In this document: positions 7,439-15,360 of the stretch, in pieces | Numbering within the stretch: the first letter of the stretch is position 1 | Layout of the letters: each line of letters begins with the position of its first letter | IMG/VR virus record: IMGVR_UViG_3300048886_001052 | Location: 1-25,527 of that record | From: a virus | Taxonomy: Duplodnaviria > Caudoviricetes | Strand: one strand, 5' to 3' | DNA: 25,527 bases | Made by a program: the position numbers and the translations under genes | The notes under the pieces: model-generated | The model's database searches: none | What the model saw: only the letters and a program-made list of their open reading frames with translations | Told to the model about the DNA's origin: nothing

Positions 7439-8596
7439 TTAACGTCTTCCATTGAATTGCGTAGGCGGTGGAATTTCTAGTCCACCGATCGCAATGAAAA
7501 GATTCATGGTGGGTTTTTCTCCACTATAAATTCCGCTATGAAGCATGCTTCCTTTTTTCATTGTTCTATTTAAGTGTTCAAGGGCTTGATCCATGTGGGT
7601 TTGTGAAAGTTCGCTTAAGATTTCTTTACTTGCTATTGTAATTACTCCCGCTACGCTAGCCGTGGAAACATCTGCCAAGCTAGACAATAAACTATTCTTG
7701 ACGTTATCTCTTACCACTCTAGAAAGAAGGACGGGGTCATCCCATTGCGCAACAGGAGAAACACCGAAAGCAACTATACCAGAATCTAATATAGTCTGAT
7801 AATCACTCTTATCAAAAGTAGTAAAGCTACTGTCTTTGTTAGAGGTCAAATTAAACAAATGAAACAATCCCGCCACGCTGGAGTTTGCGGTGCTCCAAAA
7901 ATTAGAAATAGAAAGATTTGGATATAGTTTCCCTATCCTTTCGTTGTCTAAAATGATAAGCGGTGACACTAATCCTCTATTTTTTAAATTGATTGCTTCG
8001 TGAAGAGCCTTTGCTGCGTTGGACTGTACTTTTGATCCTTCTGATTTTCTTGGTAATGTTAAGATTACCCCCACTTTCTGAGGTCCTCGTTTTAAAGTCG
8101 TGCTAAGTTCGTGAGCTGTTTGAACCAGAGGCTCCAATATTCCTCCTCCAGTTCCTCCTCCTCCGCCGACGCATACAAAGATTCTGTCCCATTCCTCTCC
8201 GAAGGAATAACGCATAAAATCTAATACATCTTCTTTTTTTTCTTTAAATTTTGCTTTCGCTATCTCCGGCTGCTTACCTGCCCCTCCGCTGCCAATAAGA
8301 AGTTTTTGTTCTAAATCAACTGTATTTAAATCTTGTTCTGCAGTATTTACAATCGCTACCCTATTGTAACCTAATTTTTTAAAAGTCTGGGCAATCCTGC
8401 TACCGCCTTGGCCTGCTCCAATAAAAGCAAACTTGAAAGAAACGTCGACATCGTCTTCTATTTTGTTTGTGTATAGCTTGTCTTCAGCAATTTCTTCTAT
8501 CTGTGGAACAACTAGATCCTCTGGTAAAGAAATATCTACCTCATCGTATCCGAATGTCTGTGCTTGGTCTTTGTTGTTTTCTTTTTCTTCGCTCAT
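7439..8596 (-). CDS. Tubulin/FtsZ-superfamily GTPase (PhuZ/TubZ/CetZ-like)
   Basis: 385 aa. T1 loop FIGAGQGGSRIA, VNTAEQD, GSGGAGKQP, T4 signature VGGGGGTGGG, LTLP..SEG, T6 IILDNE, T7-like TTFDKSDY. About 50-aa acidic N-terminal extension; no FtsZ-type C-terminal linker or core peptide. Confidence 0.93.
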   Translation of the reverse strand: MSEEKENNKDQAQTFGYDEVDISLPEDLVVPQIEEIAEDKLYTNKIEDDVDVSFKFAFIGAGQGGSRIAQTFKKLGYNRVAIVNTAEQDLNTVDLEQKLLIGSGGAGKQPEIAKAKFKEKKEDVLDFMRYSFGEEWDRIFVCVGGGGGTGGGILEPLVQTAHELSTTLKRGPQKVGVILTLPRKSEGSKVQSNAAKALHEAINLKNRGLVSPLIILDNERIGKLYPNLSISNFWSTANSSVAGLFHLFNLTSNKDSSFTTFDKSDYQTILDSGIVAFGVSPVAQWDDPVLLSRVVRDNVKNSLLSSLADVSTASVAGVITIASKEILSELSQTHMDQALEHLNRTMKKGSMLHSGIYSGEKPTMNLFIAIGGLEIPPPTQFNGRR

Positions 8597-8604
8597 AATA
8601 GTTA

Positions 8605-8610
8605 TTACAC
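8605..8610 (-). promoter_or_regulatory. GTGTAA upstream motif of the tubulin-like gene
   Basis: Minus strand AAAAAA-GTGTAA-TAACTATT-ATG(8596); no SD. Confidence 0.55.
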
Positions 8611-8617
8611 TTTTTTG

Positions 8618-8639
8618 TGTACAATCTTATGTACAATCT
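8618..8639. repeat. 10-bp direct repeat TGTACAATCT x2 (12-bp period)
   Basis: Copies at 8618-8627 and 8630-8639, straddling the stop codon of the 1544-aa gene. Confidence 0.7.
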
Positions 8640-11600
8640 CCCGGCGATACGGTTGCCTCGCCGGTGCTGTTATACATTGTAGTCCAGTCTGCGTCCCAAG
8701 GGTCCGCCGCGTCATCATCGCTTACCGCCCAAAACGAGCCAGCTCCACCGGAGCCATAATTATCCACGTCACCCCATTGGCCCGCCGTTATAATCCAAAC
8801 ACTAAAGGTTGACGGTGCGCCGCCAGAAGTGTCATACCACATAAATAAAGCAATGCCATTCGCGTACTGATTCCACCACACCGCTTTACCATCGTATGTA
8901 TGGTATGGAACCCAAGTAGTATCAATCGACGGGTAATTGGGTGAGTCTATACAGAAATTCGCCGTACCTTGTGGATAACAATGCTTTCCGTTAGGTAATT
9001 CTGTTACGACAAGACCAGCGGTAGTCCAAGCTTCTCCCCAAGGATTTGAGTTATCGCCAGTACCATCACTGGATGCAACTACGTCATTAAGAATATCATC
9101 ACAAGAAGACGTAGAGATTGCCCACTGGTCGTTTGCGTCACTATTAGACAAGTATAAAGTGGTTCCGTCTGGAGCATTATTAGTATACTCGATTGCGTTC
9201 ATCCAATGACACGTGGTGCCGTTAGGTGTCCAAGTGGTATTTAATACCCAGTCAGGAATTGGATTGAAATCATCACCGAAGGGATATCCGTATGACTGAA
9301 GAATACAAACATTTGAAGCAACGCATGCCCCTTGGTCTACAACAAATGACAAGGAACTCCAAGTCGTAAGTGGTGTCCATGGAGCCGCTCCCGCATTTCC
9401 ATCGCTTTCAGCGAATGTAGTGTAGCCGGTGGAAAAACATGTCGCACCGTCATGGATTACCCACCGACCTGATGAGCCGGAGTCGAATGACATAGTCAAA
9501 TCATAACCACCACGATCCTTGTTGGTATATTCAGGGTATGAACCACAAGACGTTGAAGCCTCCCACCAGTCACCGTTAATAGCGACATGGGCATAGTTTG
9601 AAATACAAAATGCCGCCACCGGGGCAGACGTAGTCGTTGTTGGGGCCGCTGTGGTTGTTGGGGCGGCGGTAGTTGTCGTACAGCTTTGTAATGGGGTGAT
9701 TGGTGCGGAATTAAATACTGGGTTTACATATATTGTTGCCATCAATATATCTGAAGCCCACCTTGTCGTGCTTCCTCCCCAGCTTGCTTTAGTTGCGCTA
9801 TCGAAAGGAATAATAACATTCCTTTGCGTGGTTTCGTGATTGTCTCTAACTATGAGCCAGTCCGTGTCGCTGGCGGGGGAAACATCGTCCGCTGCTCCCC
9901 TAGGAATATACCCCACAATTAGCACAGTGTGACCTAGCGCGTTTCCTGACCAATGCTCGGCATCAACCGTAGTTTCGTCAGCTAAGGTGTACGGTGTACC
10001 GTCAAAACCCGTGTTTCCTGCGGGAGGATTATTTATTCCGTAAAAATCAGTACCATCTGGAGTTCCAAAACCGACCTTGCCCTTTTCCACTGTATGCGTT
10101 GTATTCGGGAATCCGCTCGACAATGTATAGCTTGCTAATGTAATGTCCCACCCCTGCATACAGGCTATGACGGTTCTCTCTTGGTCTATTTCTTGTTTTA
10201 TCGTGTTCCAAACTTCTGTTGGTTGATTTGCCCCTATTATTCCTGCGGGGGAAGCATAATCATACCCATTGTCATCCCAATACGAAGGTAGTCTTCCTTT
10301 CGCTTGTTTCCAGTTTGTTCCATCTGTTCTATGGTAAACTATGCCAACCATTTTTTGTGTAATGTCGTCAGCAAGATTGGTGTAGCCCGCTATTCTGTAA
10401 AAGTCTTTTAACCCTTTATAGATATTGTCTATAGTTGTGCCAGCCCCGCTAAGGTTAATTATTCCTAGACCCGTTCTGTTTTGCCCGGAGAAGGCTGTCG
10501 TCTCGGAAGAATTATTGGTATTCATAAACCAACCAAAATCAGTTAATTGGCATAAACCTGTTTCGAAAAGCGGATCATAGCTATATTCATTTGGACCAAG
10601 CAGTGCGTCTTTAGCGTATCTTACGCCTCCCATGTCTTGGGGTTTATCAATTAAATAATCTCCCCACCCATGTTCATTACTAGCCCAAGACTTTGTTCCT
10701 AGACCAGCTATGTGATGTCCGGCAGCGTCATGCTGGCCAGCGTCAAGAAGGTCGCTTATTCCATGCAAATGGCCAGTTGCTTTGGTTGGTTCAATTACTG
10801 AATGATAATTATTTAAATGCCCTAGCTGGCAGGCAGCTGCAGTTGGTGAACACCACGCTACTCCATTTTGGATATCACTACTATTATAAATATCGTTAGC
10901 GGTAATATTGCCTGCTCCATCATAATACGGTGGCTGCATCCAATCAGGTACGATGCCTTCCACGAACTTAGTTGGGCCAATTAAAAATTCATGACTTGCA
11001 GTAACGGATGGCGATAGCAAATTGTGGCTAGCGTCAACCAAGGCGACGTATATGGTGTGGACTCCAGTTGTAAGACCCGTTATGGTAGCCGTGGAGCCGG
11101 ACGTAACCATATTGCCTCCAGCAGCGCCACTAGCTGAGAATGGCGTATCTAATTGCCAATGCCAATGATCATGGGTATTTCCTGCTATAGACACCGTTAA
11201 AGTAGGAACAGATGCTATATCGGCATAAGTTGGCAAACTCGGATCGGTAATTCCCAAGGTCGATGTTGTCGGGGCAGCTGTAGTTGTCGGGGCAGCTGTA
11301 GTTGTCGGGGCAGCTGTAGTTGTCGGGGCAGCTGTAGTTGTCGGGGCAGCTGTAGTTGTCGGGGCAGCTGTAGTTGTCGCAGGTGAACACGCATTTTGGG
11401 TTACGGTTCCAATTCCTGAAGCCATCCAAGACGCAGACCAAGGACTGGCGTCACCGGTAGTGTAGCTCCTAAACCATACGTTCGAACAATCACACAGCAC
11501 TTGAGATACGCACCAGTGCCCCGGATTGTGTATCGTGCAATACGACATATATAACAATTCTGCACCAGTTCCTCCATTGGTCCACGCAGCCTTTCCAGCG

Positions 11601-13261
11601 CACGACTGTCCGACCGGAGTCCAAGTGGTATTCATGTAGGAATAAGGACTGCCAGCAATACAAAATTCACTTACAGGCGGAACGGTTGTTGGCGCGGCGG
11701 TAGTGGTAGGCGCAACGATATTAACAACTCTGGTAGCTTGTACAGCGGCATTACTGTGGCTATCGGTGACATTGTAATGTACGTTGTATGTTCCGACTGT
11801 ATCTATATCTACAACATCTCCAGAGACAGCTACCGAACCGGTTATGTCGCCGTCTGGACAATCCAGCGCGGTTGCACCGGGATCAAGATAACATCCGGGA
11901 CCACAACCATTTTCTGTTCCCACTACGATATCGTAAGGATTATCTCCGACTATGGTAATTACTGGTATTGGGTCACAAAGATCACACGTAATACCGCACG
12001 TGGGGCTACCGCTGCCATCGTCATATCCATACGCGATAATATAATCTGCCGGAAACTGATCTCCCGGTGGGTTAGGATTTTGCGGACAACGATTCGATCC
12101 TCCGGTAGCAGAATAAGCAACTACTGACAAATAATAATTTCCTGCGGTTAATACGGCAGAAACTTGAGACCCGTACTTATCGCTATCATAACCATTTCCC
12201 GCGGTGGGATAGTCATCGTTAGAATCAACCAAAGTCCCATCTTGCTTATGAATACACAGCCAAATGTCAAAATGATGCATTCCTCCGTATGGACCCGGAA
12301 GACCGTACCCGTCACAATCGTTTGTGGCTAATATATTTCCGCCGGCGTCAATTTTTACACCCGCATCCATTGTATTAAAAACGTGCGTTTTACCGCCACC
12401 CGCTCCCGCCGAAACTGTGAACTCCCACACCGTGGCTACATTCCAGACCGCTTGAGATTGTGTTCCCGTAGTTTGCCAAGTGTCTGTTACTGGGCCATTA
12501 GGTAGTGGGTTATGAGCAAGAGATGATACGTTTGCATTGCAGTCTGCGCCTGCAAATGGCGCTGGCGTAGTTGTTGGTGGTACGGTGGTTGTTGTCGGTG
12601 CGCATTGGTTTGAAGCAATGGTTGGTGTTCCTCCCCACCCTTCTCCGGCCGCGCCAGTTGCTAAGACCCACGTAGATACATCATATGGGGTTGCAACATC
12701 CTCAGCAGACTGATATGCCCACGAATAAGCGCCTGCTCCATTGTCGTGTGCAATAACCCAATATCCTCCGCCCCAAGTCGTCCAGAATATCCAACCTGAT
12801 CCATTTGATGTTTTATATTGAACTTTGTCTGCTTCCAGAGCGGCTTCTTTATTGTAATCGCCATTAATATAACTTTCGGGCCACGCACCCGAGTTTGTTG
12901 CTCCAGACACACAGAGCTCCTGTACCGGTCCGTAAACGGGCGGCTCTGAATAACCGTCAGAAAAATAATAAGTGACAGTTATATAAGCGTCAGCATCAGT
13001 GTATACCGACTCTCCCTTGGGAACAATAATTGGAATTTTTGAGTGAGAACTTCCAGAGCTTACATACGCAATTAAATCTCCCCCGCCATTAACCCCCGTG
13101 CCTAGCTTCTTACCTGAGCCAGAAGACACTAAAATATCACAGACCACAATACTGCTGCCCGACGGGCAAGAAATTAACAAGCCATCGTTCGCGGATAACC
13201 AAGTAGGATTTCTACTTATGGTTTCCCCGGGAACTCTTCTGCCTGTGTGTTTGTAGCTCAT
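8627..13261 (-). CDS. Giant modular protein, probably virion-displayed: N-terminal shared domain, five Cys/Trp-rich repeats, PPC-like, DUF5011 Ig-like, His-rich DUF4399-like and papain/C39-like protease domains, Thr/Ala/Pro linkers
   Basis: 1544 aa, starts 1 nt after the portal stop, no signal peptide. DUF5011 pattern PVITIVGDNP...YLDPGATALDCPDGDITGSV...GTYNVHYNVTDS; PPC-like FDIWL...GTLVDSNDD...LTAGNYYLSV; HDHWHWQLD...GLTTGVHTIYVALVDASH; WCSPTAAA / GHTVLIVGY / LIVRDN. Confidence 0.85.
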   Translation of the reverse strand: MSYKHTGRRVPGETISRNPTWLSANDGLLISCPSGSSIVVCDILVSSGSGKKLGTGVNGGGDLIAYVSSGSSHSKIPIIVPKGESVYTDADAYITVTYYFSDGYSEPPVYGPVQELCVSGATNSGAWPESYINGDYNKEAALEADKVQYKTSNGSGWIFWTTWGGGYWVIAHDNGAGAYSWAYQSAEDVATPYDVSTWVLATGAAGEGWGGTPTIASNQCAPTTTTVPPTTTPAPFAGADCNANVSSLAHNPLPNGPVTDTWQTTGTQSQAVWNVATVWEFTVSAGAGGGKTHVFNTMDAGVKIDAGGNILATNDCDGYGLPGPYGGMHHFDIWLCIHKQDGTLVDSNDDYPTAGNGYDSDKYGSQVSAVLTAGNYYLSVVAYSATGGSNRCPQNPNPPGDQFPADYIIAYGYDDGSGSPTCGITCDLCDPIPVITIVGDNPYDIVVGTENGCGPGCYLDPGATALDCPDGDITGSVAVSGDVVDIDTVGTYNVHYNVTDSHSNAAVQATRVVNIVAPTTTAAPTTVPPVSEFCIAGSPYSYMNTTWTPVGQSCAGKAAWTNGGTGAELLYMSYCTIHNPGHWCVSQVLCDCSNVWFRSYTTGDASPWSASWMASGIGTVTQNACSPATTTAAPTTTAAPTTTAAPTTTAAPTTTAAPTTTAAPTTSTLGITDPSLPTYADIASVPTLTVSIAGNTHDHWHWQLDTPFSASGAAGGNMVTSGSTATITGLTTGVHTIYVALVDASHNLLSPSVTASHEFLIGPTKFVEGIVPDWMQPPYYDGAGNITANDIYNSSDIQNGVAWCSPTAAACQLGHLNNYHSVIEPTKATGHLHGISDLLDAGQHDAAGHHIAGLGTKSWASNEHGWGDYLIDKPQDMGGVRYAKDALLGPNEYSYDPLFETGLCQLTDFGWFMNTNNSSETTAFSGQNRTGLGIINLSGAGTTIDNIYKGLKDFYRIAGYTNLADDITQKMVGIVYHRTDGTNWKQAKGRLPSYWDDNGYDYASPAGIIGANQPTEVWNTIKQEIDQERTVIACMQGWDITLASYTLSSGFPNTTHTVEKGKVGFGTPDGTDFYGINNPPAGNTGFDGTPYTLADETTVDAEHWSGNALGHTVLIVGYIPRGAADDVSPASDTDWLIVRDNHETTQRNVIIPFDSATKASWGGSTTRWASDILMATIYVNPVFNSAPITPLQSCTTTTAAPTTTAAPTTTTSAPVAAFCISNYAHVAINGDWWEASTSCGSYPEYTNKDRGGYDLTMSFDSGSSGRWVIHDGATCFSTGYTTFAESDGNAGAAPWTPLTTWSSLSFVVDQGACVASNVCILQSYGYPFGDDFNPIPDWVLNTTWTPNGTTCHWMNAIEYTNNAPDGTTLYLSNSDANDQWAISTSSCDDILNDVVASSDGTGDNSNPWGEAWTTAGLVVTELPNGKHCYPQGTANFCIDSPNYPSIDTTWVPYHTYDGKAVWWNQYANGIALFMWYDTSGGAPSTFSVWIITAGQWGDVDNYGSGGAGSFWAVSDDDAADPWDADWTTMYNSTGEATVSPGDCT
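11265..11379 (-). repeat. Perfect 18-bp tandem repeat, 6 copies plus a partial copy, encoding (TTTAAP)n
   Basis: Plus-strand unit GTTGTCGGGGCAGCTGTA at 11265, 11283, 11301, 11319, 11337 and 11355; partial GTTGTCG at 11373. Confidence 0.97.
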
Positions 13262-13262
13262 T

Positions 13263-15308
13263 TTATTTTTCTATCGTGCTGTGAAATAGAATACTTGCCA
13301 TAAAAGTGTCTAGTTGGTGTTTGGCGGCTATATTTTCTACCTGTTTAACTTGCTCTACGTTTTGGTCTATTGGTTTTTTGCAATATTTTGCCACAGATTC
13401 ATTCCATTTTTCCAGTGGTTCGTTAGTTATGATTATGTGGCTGATCGTTTGCGCTATTTCTTTTTGGTTTTTGCTTAACCTTGTTTTTTTGTGTCGTTTT
13501 CTAAGTTCTTTTTGTACTTCTCTCTCTAGGTCTTGAGACTTTATTATACTACTCTTTACGCCTTCGAAACTAAAAGTTTCTTTAGCTGAGGTCTTTTCCC
13601 TTGTTTGAGGAATCCCTTTCGTGCCTGATGGTCTTCCAACGTTTGGGGAAGTAGTTTGACTTTTCTTTGTAGCTTTTTTGGGGGCAGCTTTTTGAGGAGT
13701 AGTAACGGGTTTTTGTAATTCTGGGTGAGCAACTTCTTGAGGAACCCACTCTTCCATTGCTGGGTTTTCTACGGGTGATCCTCCAACGAGCGGAAAGTAA
13801 AGTCCTTCATCTCGTTCACTAATGTATTTTCTTTGTGAATCCGTCGAATCTTCTTTATTAGGTAATCTATTAGAGTTTAAGGCTTCAAAAAGCTCCTCTG
13901 GAGTTAATAACCCCAGTTCAGCCATACGAGTATACACCCTGTATTTCTCTGTGTTATCTCTTAAAAGGATTTCATCAAATTTTGGAGTAGGATAATTCTT
14001 AAACCCTAGCGTTTTTGAAACTCTTTTGATTTCAGGGATGAGAAAGTCGTTTAAAAATGTTTGTCTAGCTTGCCGAAGTCTAGCTATAAATACCTCTATC
14101 TTCCCCTGTTGGTTTGCAAATTTTTCTCCACCAGCGCCCACACCCGTAAGCATGTTGTTGAGCCCAGCATTAATATCTGAATTAACAACCTCGTATTTTT
14201 TGGGATCTAAAATATCACCAATTTGAGGTATTACAAATTTTGCGTCAGTTGTGTAGTCTGCTATAAGGACTCTTCCTACGGATTGGTTTTCGAAAAGAGC
14301 CTGCATCTTTACTAAATTTTCCTGATTTATGCCTCCCTTTTCTGGTTCCGTACCCATCGTCACAAGAAGAATTGCTTGCTGCACAGTCCTTGTAATAGCC
14401 ATGTCCATTCTCTTGAGTTCTGCTTTGTGGTTTATATCCTCAAGCACAGGGTACCCCATGGGGACAGCGAATGGTTCATAGTCCTGCTTCTTATAAAAGA
14501 CTGCGTGAAACCTGCTTCCATCTAAAACCATAAGAACAGCGGTAGAAAGAGGGCTGCCTTTAATTTTCTTTTTTGTAGCAGAATCAAGCGCGTCGTATAT
14601 TTCTTTATCTTCTTCTGTCTTGGGATTTCTTACTCTCTCTAGTTCGTAGTCTGTAAGAACTTTGTGGTATTTCCTAGCTTGACTAAAATTTAATGAGCCG
14701 GAAATTTGTATGTCTGCTGGATTTAAAACTACATATCTAAATGGAATTTTAACAGACTTGGCTTTTGCTCCAAATGTTTGGCTTATTTTTTTAACGTCAG
14801 ACGGCTGAAGCTTAGCATCAAACCTATATAAGAAAACGTTTCCAGATCTATAATATTCCCTAAAAAACCTATCTTGCAAATCCCAAATGTTTACTTTTTT
14901 GAAAAGAGATTCAAAGAATTTCTGAGATTTTTTACTACCACCCTCAAAGTATATTTCGCTCGCGGAAAACTCCGTCATTAAATCAATGGTGTTTCTAAAT
15001 ACAGAAAAATTATAATAAGCCTTTTGACACAAAATTATTGCATCCCTAATAGAAATGCCACTTTGCCCTGAACCCGTGTAGGTCTTGAACGGAATAAGCC
15101 CCGATTCAATATTTGTAAATTTGTCAGTCCTTTCTATATTGCCTGACTTATTCCTCCTAAAAGTAGTTCTGCCGGGAACGTCAGAAGCAGAAGACTCGAA
15201 AGACATCAGGGGCTCCACGGAAGCAGCTTCTGCTTTTTTTGTGGACTTCCTTGGCTTTCTTGGCTTTCTGGGTATTGCTCCCTTGGAGGTTTCTTTTTTT
15301 TCGTTCAT
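13263..15308 (-). CDS. Portal protein
   Basis: 681 aa directly downstream of terL. AYYNFSVFRNTIDLM, EYYRSGNVFLY, FAVPMGYPVL fit portal-like patterns; basic disordered N- and C-terminal arms including a GRP motif. Confidence 0.82.
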   Translation of the reverse strand: MNEKKETSKGAIPRKPRKPRKSTKKAEAASVEPLMSFESSASDVPGRTTFRRNKSGNIERTDKFTNIESGLIPFKTYTGSGQSGISIRDAIILCQKAYYNFSVFRNTIDLMTEFSASEIYFEGGSKKSQKFFESLFKKVNIWDLQDRFFREYYRSGNVFLYRFDAKLQPSDVKKISQTFGAKAKSVKIPFRYVVLNPADIQISGSLNFSQARKYHKVLTDYELERVRNPKTEEDKEIYDALDSATKKKIKGSPLSTAVLMVLDGSRFHAVFYKKQDYEPFAVPMGYPVLEDINHKAELKRMDMAITRTVQQAILLVTMGTEPEKGGINQENLVKMQALFENQSVGRVLIADYTTDAKFVIPQIGDILDPKKYEVVNSDINAGLNNMLTGVGAGGEKFANQQGKIEVFIARLRQARQTFLNDFLIPEIKRVSKTLGFKNYPTPKFDEILLRDNTEKYRVYTRMAELGLLTPEELFEALNSNRLPNKEDSTDSQRKYISERDEGLYFPLVGGSPVENPAMEEWVPQEVAHPELQKPVTTPQKAAPKKATKKSQTTSPNVGRPSGTKGIPQTREKTSAKETFSFEGVKSSIIKSQDLEREVQKELRKRHKKTRLSKNQKEIAQTISHIIITNEPLEKWNESVAKYCKKPIDQNVEQVKQVENIAAKHQLDTFMASILFHSTIEK

Positions 15309-15354
15309 TTTAAGTTTTTTTAGCTTATTTTTTTTAATTAAATCTTATTCTATG

Positions 15355-15360
15355 TTACAC
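15355..15360 (-). promoter_or_regulatory. GTGTAA motif formed by the last codon and stop of terL, upstream of portal
   Basis: GTG-TAA ends terL; portal ATG lies 46 nt downstream across an AT-rich gap. Confidence 0.4.

Noticed and set aside
8140-8168. (TCC)n microsatellite-like run
   Set aside because: Simply the GGA codons of the tubulin GGGGGTGGG motif.
7439-8596. Cellular ftsZ in a bacterial chromosome
   Set aside because: No dcw-cluster neighbours, no FtsZ C-terminal peptide, and the flanks are terminase, portal and capsid genes. No gene symbol assigned.
8627-9000. Diversity-generating retroelement target at the giant protein's C-terminus
   Set aside because: No reverse transcriptase and no near-identical TR/VR pair seen in the window; repeats are diverged at the protein level.
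11265-11379. Possible CRISPR array
   Set aside because: Units are directly adjacent with no spacers, are in frame within a CDS, and no cas genes are present.
11169-11441. Alternate-frame ORF with (DNYSCP)n repeats
   Set aside because: It is the 18-bp repeat read in another frame inside the 1544-aa gene; no independent start signals.
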